Shown here piece after piece: positions 57,196 through 64,000 of a stretch of 64,000 bases of DNA. The stretch lies in the NCBI GenBank assembly GCA_965215685.1, contig OZ244113.1, positions 2,606,256 through 2,670,255 on the forward strand, read 5' to 3'. Every line of letters starts with the position of its first letter. Within the stretch, counting starts at the first letter, position 1. Under the pieces are notes generated by a model. It saw nothing but the letters and a program-made list of their open reading frames with translations, had not been told where the DNA came from and did not search any database. The stretch comes from Chitinophagales bacterium. GTDB lineage: Bacteria; Bacteroidota; Bacteroidia; Chitinophagales; JAHQVX01. Both the position numbers and the translations under genes were made by a program.

Positions 57196-58767
57196 TTAGT
57201 GAACAACAAATCTCCCGGTTACAGTCTCGTTGTTAACGCTTAGCCTGATTATATACATGCCCGGGGATAAATTGCCTGAACCATGACTAACAGATTGACT
57301 TCCTTTAACTGCTTCAAATTCCCGAGACATCACCAGGGCCCCCATACCGTTATAGACCTCGTATTTGGCATTGCCTATATCATTACTTACTATAGTAATT
57401 GTTGAACGATTAAATAGGGTTATCCTAAAATTTTCTTCGGTTAAGGCATTAACAGAAACAATATTGCTATAACTGAACGATCCATCAAAATCCACTTGAC
57501 GCAAACGATAATAATTTAACCCGCTGACCGCCTCATTGTGAACAAAACTATATTCTTGAGCAATTTGACTGTTGCCATTACCTTCTACTTTTCCAACAAC
57601 CGACCAATGCGTACCGTTAATAGAGTGTTGTACTTCAAAATAGTCGTTTTCAGTCTCACTGGCAGTAATCCATTTAAGTAATGACTCTTTATTTTCGTTA
57701 AGCCATTGAGCAGAAAAAGAGACAAACTCTACGGGAAGGACGGTTCCATTAGGGATTTCGGCAAAAATATATGCCTCGGTTTCTTCGAAGGTAGTTAATC
57801 TGGTATAGTTGGTATTAAACAATCCATGATCATTTTGTTGTGAATCTGAATGAATAAAAACCGTATTAGCTGTAAATGCCCCGTTATCACCAAGGGGGGT
57901 TTTAAAGGTTCTTTCGTAGCTATTCGTGTCGAACGGATCCAAAGGTTCATTATTTTGTATCTTATCAGTAAGATATCCAAAACTAAAATCACCCTCAAAT
58001 TCGGTATAAAACAGAAAATCTAAATTCGTATTTGCAAAGGCATCTACCACTTCTTGACTTTGCCTTTCACCGCAAATAATGATTCCGTAACTATAAGTAT
58101 TTCCATCATTCGCAGTAAAATACCTGGTATATGAAGTAGAATTAGTTAAAGCAATAGCTTCATCATACCAATCTCTATTAACTTTTTGTGCATTTTGATA
58201 ATAATAGGGATACGGGGCGACCCAATCACTTGCTCTTACTTTATAATCTATATCCACGATGTCACCACTCCGATCAATGATTAACAGGGAATTCAACAAA
58301 ACGGGGTCGGGCATTAAAGGGTAAACATTGGGATCTTTCTCGTACTTAACCATTGCGGTACCTGCAAGTATAATTATATTTTTATTATCCGCGATCGCCT
58401 TTAATCTATTTACACCATCTATAATCTCTTGATTTGATGAAGCCAATACATCATAAACACCATTATTTTCCTGAAGGTGCAGTGCTTTATCCCAGGACAC
58501 CGATTCCGGAATAACATCGCTGAAACTTCGAGATTCTGCGGTGTTATCAAAATCATAATGGATCAAAGAATACTCCGGCAGCAAAACAATATCAACATTT
58601 GGATGTGCCAGAGTAAGCGCGTTGATATTAGCCTCAATTTTATCAACTGAACCCTTAATGGTATAGCCTGACCCGCTTAAATCATTTTTTATAGTTGCAA
58701 CTTTTGCCTGAGAAAAAAGAAGGCTATTTGCAAAAAACATGATTAAAATAGTCAAGTGGTATTTCAT
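57196..58767 (-). CDS. Secreted protein with C-terminal T9SS sorting domain
   Basis: N-terminal signal peptide. About 80-aa C-terminal beta-sandwich-like tail typical of Por/T9SS CTDs. Confidence 0.6.
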   Translation of the reverse strand: MKYHLTILIMFFANSLLFSQAKVATIKNDLSGSGYTIKGSVDKIEANINALTLAHPNVDIVLLPEYSLIHYDFDNTAESRSFSDVIPESVSWDKALHLQENNGVYDVLASSNQEIIDGVNRLKAIADNKNIIILAGTAMVKYEKDPNVYPLMPDPVLLNSLLIIDRSGDIVDIDYKVRASDWVAPYPYYYQNAQKVNRDWYDEAIALTNSTSYTRYFTANDGNTYSYGIIICGERQSQEVVDAFANTNLDFLFYTEFEGDFSFGYLTDKIQNNEPLDPFDTNSYERTFKTPLGDNGAFTANTVFIHSDSQQNDHGLFNTNYTRLTTFEETEAYIFAEIPNGTVLPVEFVSFSAQWLNENKESLLKWITASETENDYFEVQHSINGTHWSVVGKVEGNGNSQIAQEYSFVHNEAVSGLNYYRLRQVDFDGSFSYSNIVSVNALTEENFRITLFNRSTITIVSNDIGNAKYEVYNGMGALVMSREFEAVKGSQSVSHGSGNLSPGMYIIRLSVNNETVTGRFVVH

Positions 58768-58936
58768 GATTTATTATTCTTTTACTAAAACAATCACGTA
58801 AAAGTACTTAAAATTAGTAACAATAACAATTTGTTAGCAGATTTCAATGCTGCAGTTAAGCTAGCAGCCTTGATGTGCAGTTGATTGACATATGCCTGTA
58901 CATCAAACAATTACAACGCGGTTTGTTTTCTCACTG

Positions 58937-58998
58937 CTGGTGCAAGTCTTTGCGCGCTTGCCAGGGCAGATCAGACTTGTGCCCGGATATCCATAAAC
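58937..58998. repeat. REP-like palindromic repeat, copy B
   Basis: See copy A. Confidence 0.65.
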
Positions 58999-59147
58999 TG
59001 TAGAAAAACTTACAAGGTATATGCGACAGGATAATTGAATTTGGTTGGTTCTGTTTGGTTTATTGTATCCTGCGTTACATACTCAGGATAATTTTGTTTT
59101 AATGTTTGGTTGGAAGAATTAGGAGAGCTTGATTCTTAGGCGCAGCC

Positions 59148-61619
59148 CTAATTATTATTATTATTATTCTTAAAAAGATTCTTAATCTGGCTGTAGTCTA
59201 AATAGTACAGCAACTTAATGGCTAACTGATTGGATTTTGGGGCTTTAAAGCTCTCCACAATGTTGTTTGGCAAGCCGGTGCGGACATCGGTGGTATATTC
59301 CGAAAAAGCATTTTTGTAAATTAAATTAAGGTCGCTGCCCGCTGCAAAACGCCAACTGAAAACAGCATCTAAATTAAAGGCCGAAAAATTGAACGGATCC
59401 TTGTCGGGAAAGTTGGCTGTCGGGTTAAGAGAACCATCGTTTTCTAAAATATAATAACCTTTATATATCCCTTTATCCCAGGTGTATCTTCCCTCAACCC
59501 ATAAGTTTGTATTCTCGTTAAAAATGTATTCAAGTACTAATTCGGAACCGGTGATCTTTCTGTCGCGTTTACCCATTATTACGTCTCCACCACTATTAGT
59601 TTCTACATAGCCATAATCTGTAGGGAAGTGATAGAATTCCAACTCTCCTTTCGCAGAAAATTTATCGCTAAATGTGAACCGGGGCTCAAATTCAAAAAAG
59701 TATTCTTCAAATAAATGATGTTTATTATCAGAAAACTGATGTCCGCCAGCTACATCTACGGCAAATTGTTTACGGTAATCGCTTGATACTCCTAACCTCC
59801 CCATATAACGTGGAGGTCGCTCATAATAGGTTTCAAAATCACGCTGGCGAGGCTCATAATAATCACGTGTACCATCGGGTATTACTCTAAAGAAAGCCCA
59901 CATAGTTGTATAATCTTTGAATGTAACATGGGGGTTTATGTTAATTCTGTGATCTACATTTTTAAACGGCTTATACAGGTTTTGTTGAAAAGCACGAAGT
60001 GAAATACCATAATTCTGATACCATTCACCCGAATCATTTTCAAAATACCTGACTCTAACCCCATGGTTCATCTCATTATTATTAAAAAGAATACCCAGGT
60101 CATTTCTATCGTACTTATCGCTTTCTATACTGCTCCACAACTCCCAATTGAATTTTCCGCTTATTTTTCCATACTCCACAAAACTGTTAAAGCCTCTTTT
60201 ACTGTTATACTTGCTCTCATTATCATTATAATTGAACACCTGACTCACATTGATTCTGCCGGATAAGGCATGTGAATTCCTTTCATTGCCGAGGCGTAAT
60301 CCTAAACCGGTAACATTGGCATTCCTTCCTTTGTTTGCCCTTAGCACATTAGTATTAATTAAACTCACCGAAGAGTTTTTGGGTAAGGTTTTTTCAACGC
60401 TCAGAATATTAAAATTGGTAAAAGGGCTGGTAACTATCTCACGGCTTTCATTGGTAACGGTATTTACGGCAGTAGCACTGGTTTTTTGCGTAAATGCATT
60501 GAACACACCAATTCCCCAACCATTGCCTGTTCTTCCTGATAGTTTCGCGGCATTTAACAACTTTGCTTCAATTGGGTTTCTGGTAATGATCTCATTGCTG
60601 CTTATTTCATTTTTTAAATTAACAAAGCCGCGCGCTTTCTGCCCAATTCTTCTCGAGTAGAACAAATTTTGTTTACTGAATAATTCGGTTCCCTCGGTAA
60701 AAAAAGCTCGATTCTCATCAAACCTTTGCTCAAACGGACTTAGATTGAGAATTTGCTCGTCTGATTTTACTTCACCAAAATCAGGGATAAGAGTTAGGTC
60801 TAAGGTAAAACTCTCATTCAGGCCATATTTTACATCCATACCTGTGTTGTAGCCAAAGTCGGCAGTAATATTGGTTGATTTGTCCATTGTGCCTGCAACA
60901 AAAGGCGTAAACGATAGCCTGGTTGGAGGCGATATGTCTTTTAATCCGGTAAGCACTCCGCTTTGATTCACCACACCGTCTTCAGTAGTATCAAAATAAT
61001 CCCAGGTACTTCGTTCGCGAATTCCTCTAATACTCCTCCAAAAATTCAAACCCCAGGTCTGTTCTGCCTGTTCAGGAAACCTGATAGCTGAATAAGGAAT
61101 TTTTATTTCAGCAACCCAACCATCCGCAACTATTTTGGCGGCGCTTTCCCAAACCGCATCCCAGTTTTCATCTTCTTCATTCCGATTGCTCATTTTAACA
61201 TCGGCCTGTACACCGGCCGATGTAACAAAAAAGCCGAAGGCATTTTCATCATCATCAAAAGTGTCAAGGGTAACGGAAAAATAATCGGCGTTAACGCCCA
61301 GGTCATCTCTTTGTCCCAGGTTTTTCAAAATACGCTCCGGATCATTATCGTACATATAAGCCGATATGTAGATGGCAATATCATCATAAACCAGGCGAAC
61401 CTCCGTGTTTTTTGAAGCTGGCGTATTCGGGTTTGGTTCAAATTGAATAAAATCTGTGGCTATATTGGCGTTTTGCCAGGCAACATCATCTAAAACACCG
61501 TCAATCTTTGGAGCTTCAGGAATTCTAACAGCTTCATAAGACTTATCCTGGGCTTCTGCCGAAAAGATGAAAGACATACAAAGTGCTGATAACAAGATGA
61601 TCTTCAGGTAGTTAAGCAT
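59148..61619 (-). CDS. DUF5916/CBM9-like domain outer-membrane protein (823 aa) with C-terminal poly-Asn
   Basis: Signal peptide. N-terminal PKIDGVLDDVAW...TDFIQFEP motif, recalled as typical of CBM9-like/DUF5916 proteins. Beta-rich. Ends KNNNNNN, encoded by (AAT)7. Confidence 0.6.
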   Translation of the reverse strand: MLNYLKIILLSALCMSFIFSAEAQDKSYEAVRIPEAPKIDGVLDDVAWQNANIATDFIQFEPNPNTPASKNTEVRLVYDDIAIYISAYMYDNDPERILKNLGQRDDLGVNADYFSVTLDTFDDDENAFGFFVTSAGVQADVKMSNRNEEDENWDAVWESAAKIVADGWVAEIKIPYSAIRFPEQAEQTWGLNFWRSIRGIRERSTWDYFDTTEDGVVNQSGVLTGLKDISPPTRLSFTPFVAGTMDKSTNITADFGYNTGMDVKYGLNESFTLDLTLIPDFGEVKSDEQILNLSPFEQRFDENRAFFTEGTELFSKQNLFYSRRIGQKARGFVNLKNEISSNEIITRNPIEAKLLNAAKLSGRTGNGWGIGVFNAFTQKTSATAVNTVTNESREIVTSPFTNFNILSVEKTLPKNSSVSLINTNVLRANKGRNANVTGLGLRLGNERNSHALSGRINVSQVFNYNDNESKYNSKRGFNSFVEYGKISGKFNWELWSSIESDKYDRNDLGILFNNNEMNHGVRVRYFENDSGEWYQNYGISLRAFQQNLYKPFKNVDHRININPHVTFKDYTTMWAFFRVIPDGTRDYYEPRQRDFETYYERPPRYMGRLGVSSDYRKQFAVDVAGGHQFSDNKHHLFEEYFFEFEPRFTFSDKFSAKGELEFYHFPTDYGYVETNSGGDVIMGKRDRKITGSELVLEYIFNENTNLWVEGRYTWDKGIYKGYYILENDGSLNPTANFPDKDPFNFSAFNLDAVFSWRFAAGSDLNLIYKNAFSEYTTDVRTGLPNNIVESFKAPKSNQLAIKLLYYLDYSQIKNLFKNNNNNN

Positions 61620-61738
61620 GAAGTACGGTTTGGCTTGTAGTACTTTTCTAATACTAGAGTTTATTTACAGTTTTTATAGACGGTACAAAGCTAATCTATG
61701 TTACAAAACTGCCATGTTTTTTCATCAATAACCTATCT

Positions 61739-62704
61739 TTGAGGGTTCAATTATTCGTCCAAATGATAGGAGAGAAAATCGCGGTACTGGATCTGGGAAC
61801 AAATTCATTTCATATACTTATTGCTAAAGTTGAAAAAAGTTGCATTGAACCGCTGGTGAGCAGAAAGGAGTTTGTTATGATGGCTGCAAACGGGAAAAAA
61901 CATATTGATGAAGAGGTAGAACAGCGTGCTTATAAAATATTGGATGGCTACAAAAACTTATTAGAGGAATACCAGGTTACCACCTGTCGCATTTTTGCTA
62001 CAGAAGGTTTAAGGCGTGCGGTAAACTCAGCCGACTTTATAAAAGGGTTGCAGGAAAACTATGGGTTTAACGTAGAGATCATTGACGGTAATCGGGAAGC
62101 TGCTCTCATTTTTAAAGGAGTGAAACGAGCTTATAAGATTGGCAAAAAAAAGGTGCTGGCTATGGACATTGGCGGGGGTAGTTGCGAGTTCATTATCGGA
62201 AATAAAAAGAAGATCTTTTGGGCGCACAGTTTCCCCATAGGTGCGTCTGTTATGCGCAACCGGTTCCATCATACTGAACCTATAACTCAAAAGGAATACG
62301 ATGCACTTATTAAGCATTATACTGAGACTTTGAAACCTCTGTGGGAAGCATTAAAGGAACATGAGCCTGTTGAGCTTGTGGGTGCATCGGGATCGTTTAC
62401 GGCATTGCTGAACATGCAAAATGGTAAGCACATGCTTTATCCGGCCCTCGATGAACGAAGTGGGCTTATCAACCTTTCCGGATTTAAAACCATGCACTTG
62501 AACTTGCTCAGATCTAATTTGGAAGAACGACAAAAGATATCGGGGCTTGAACCATACCGTGCAGAAATAATGGTGGCTGCCACAACGTTGATCTCTCTAA
62601 TTATATCAAAGTTGCAACCTTCAAGAAGTATAGTGGTATCAAACTATGCGATGAAAGAGGGAATGCTATTGGAAATGGCCGAAGAATTAAGCCTGGCCAT
62701 TTAA
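61739..62704 (+). CDS. Ppx/GppA family phosphatase (exopolyphosphatase-like)
   Basis: ASKHA-fold N-terminal motif AVLDLGTNSFHILIA. 321 aa. Confidence 0.75.
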   Translation: MRVQLFVQMIGEKIAVLDLGTNSFHILIAKVEKSCIEPLVSRKEFVMMAANGKKHIDEEVEQRAYKILDGYKNLLEEYQVTTCRIFATEGLRRAVNSADFIKGLQENYGFNVEIIDGNREAALIFKGVKRAYKIGKKKVLAMDIGGGSCEFIIGNKKKIFWAHSFPIGASVMRNRFHHTEPITQKEYDALIKHYTETLKPLWEALKEHEPVELVGASGSFTALLNMQNGKHMLYPALDERSGLINLSGFKTMHLNLLRSNLEERQKISGLEPYRAEIMVAATTLISLIISKLQPSRSIVVSNYAMKEGMLLEMAEELSLAI

Positions 62705-62750
62705 GTCAAATCGTAAGCACATTCGGCAATATCTTTCTATTTTTAATGCA

Positions 62751-64000
62751 ATGTTTGTAAAGTTTCGCTTAAGCGTTTTATTCATATTCGTTTCATCAAT
62801 TGTCACTGGCCAGGAAAGTTATTGGCAGCAGGAGGTAAACTCTGTAATACATGCTGAATTAAATACTGATGACCATACCCTTACAGGTGATATTAGTGTG
62901 GAGTACATCAATAATTCACCCGATGCCTTGTCCGAAATATATATCCACCTTTGGCCCAACGCCTACAAGAATAACAAAACGGCCTTCGCGCTTCAACAAT
63001 TAGAAAATGGCCGCCGTAGGTATTATATGTCAAATGATTCCGACCGTGGTTATATCAACGGACTTGACTTCTTTATCAACGACAAACAGGCGAGATGGAC
63101 ATTAAATTCTAACAATGTCGATATTGCCAAGATCACGCTGGATCAACCTTTGGAATCCGGGAAAAGTCTGGTTATTTCCACCCCCTTTCATGTAAAAATA
63201 CCTAAGATATTTAGCCGCTTGGGTTACGATGGACACCGCTATCACTTAACGCAGTGGTTCCCGAAGCCGGCCGTATATGACAAAAACGGCTGGCATCCAA
63301 TGCCGTACTTAGGTCAAGGTGAGTTTTATGCTGAGTTTGGTAACTACGAAGTTACCCTAACCGTACCTGCCAACATGGTTGTGGCAGCCACAGGTGTTTT
63401 GCAAAACGAGGAAGAAATTACATGGCTGAATGAGCTGGAAAGTGCTACACGCAAAGGACAACAAAATGAATACGACTTAAGCGAGGCAATAAAAGTAAAA
63501 GCTAGGCCAGGTAAAAAAACTATAACCTTTAAGCAGGATAAGGTACATGACTTTGCGTGGTTTGCATCTGAAGATTTCTTTCTGTTGAGTAAAAATGTTG
63601 CCACAGGAGATGGCAATGTGACTTCGGCACGTGCATATTTTTCTGAAGATGAGATTTTCAACTGGGAGCAAGTACCTGATTACATTGAAACAGCACTTAA
63701 GGTATATGGAGAGGAAGTTGGCCTATATCCCTATGCTCATTGTTCGGCTGTGTCGGGCGGATTGAAAGCAGGAGGTGGCATGGAATATCCTATGATAACC
63801 GTTTTAAAGAATACGCCCAGCGACCTGGGCCTGAAAACGGTAACCTACCACGAAGTAGGTCACAATTGGTTTCAGGGTATGCTTGCTAATAACGAACGCC
63901 GGCATCCCTGGCTTGATGAAGGAATTAACTCCTTCTACGAAGGCTTAACACTGGCCAAAGATATTGGTAAAGAGGATAATCCTTTTACAAAGGAAAAAGC
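62751..64000 (+). CDS. M1-family zinc metallopeptidase (partial; 3' end beyond window)
   Basis: Signal peptide. HEVGHNWF zinc motif with downstream E (WLDEGINSF). The frame is open to the window end. Confidence 0.75.
   Translation, partial: MFVKFRLSVLFIFVSSIVTGQESYWQQEVNSVIHAELNTDDHTLTGDISVEYINNSPDALSEIYIHLWPNAYKNNKTAFALQQLENGRRRYYMSNDSDRGYINGLDFFINDKQARWTLNSNNVDIAKITLDQPLESGKSLVISTPFHVKIPKIFSRLGYDGHRYHLTQWFPKPAVYDKNGWHPMPYLGQGEFYAEFGNYEVTLTVPANMVVAATGVLQNEEEITWLNELESATRKGQQNEYDLSEAIKVKARPGKKTITFKQDKVHDFAWFASEDFFLLSKNVATGDGNVTSARAYFSEDEIFNWEQVPDYIETALKVYGEEVGLYPYAHCSAVSGGLKAGGGMEYPMITVLKNTPSDLGLKTVTYHEVGHNWFQGMLANNERRHPWLDEGINSFYEGLTLAKDIGKEDNPFTKEK

Noticed and set aside
56900-59010. A CRISPR array
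   Set aside because: There are only two to three copies. They are separated by a 1.6-kb protein-coding gene, not by short unique spacers, and no cas genes are nearby. They are better described as dispersed REP-like palindromic repeats.

Overview
This 64 kb window appears to come from a Bacteroidetes-type chromosome. Genes are largely co-directional, promoters are AT-rich, and proteins carry lipoprotein and T9SS C-terminal signals. From left to right the window contains:

- (1) Polysaccharide genes: a partial GT4 glycosyltransferase and an NAD-dependent epimerase.
- (2) A complete clade-II (Sec/lipoprotein-type) nitrous-oxide reductase cluster. A divergently transcribed Rrf2 (NsrR-like) regulator, a c-type cytochrome lipoprotein and a polytopic membrane protein lie upstream of nosZ. 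Downstream of nosZ come a RIC/ScdA di-iron protein, a small membrane protein, nosL, an antisense DUF2442/DUF4160 gene pair, nosD, nosF and nosY.
- (3) An IS1634/IS4-family element inserted in the 5' end of an M16 peptidase gene, flanked by a perfect 384-bp direct repeat, with the intact M16 peptidase pair following.
- (4) A histidine/aromatic ammonia-lyase and hisS.
- (5) An IS3-family element whose orfB lies in the +1 (not -1) frame relative to orfA across an A7 run.
- (6) A GC-rich hairpin-dense spacer, then a two-gene operon encoding a SWIM zinc-finger protein and a 981-aa domain-poor protein. This is the best candidate for an uncharacterized system.
- (7) A TPR/RtcB/SPFH gene string and a compact tRNA array (Glu, Asp, Gln, Tyr at about 6-nt spacing) trailed by degenerate tRNA fragments and large palindromes.
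- (8) uvrA with a DksA/TraR-like gene, an animal-type haem peroxidase, a TPR sensor kinase/LuxR regulator pair, and uvrD-DUF4290-murA.
- (9) An IS982 insertion that donates the stop codon of a thioredoxin-fold gene, followed by a GH13 amylase.
- (10) grpE-dnaJ, an ABC-2 exporter and a PIN-type toxin-antitoxin pair.
- (11) A T9SS cargo gene bracketed by a REP-like palindromic repeat family, a DUF5916/CBM9-like outer-membrane protein ending in an (AAT)n-encoded poly-Asn tail, Ppx/GppA, and a partial M1 peptidase.

No CRISPR array or rRNA is present. All calls rest on motif-level reading of the supplied ORF translations and the DNA. No database search was run.
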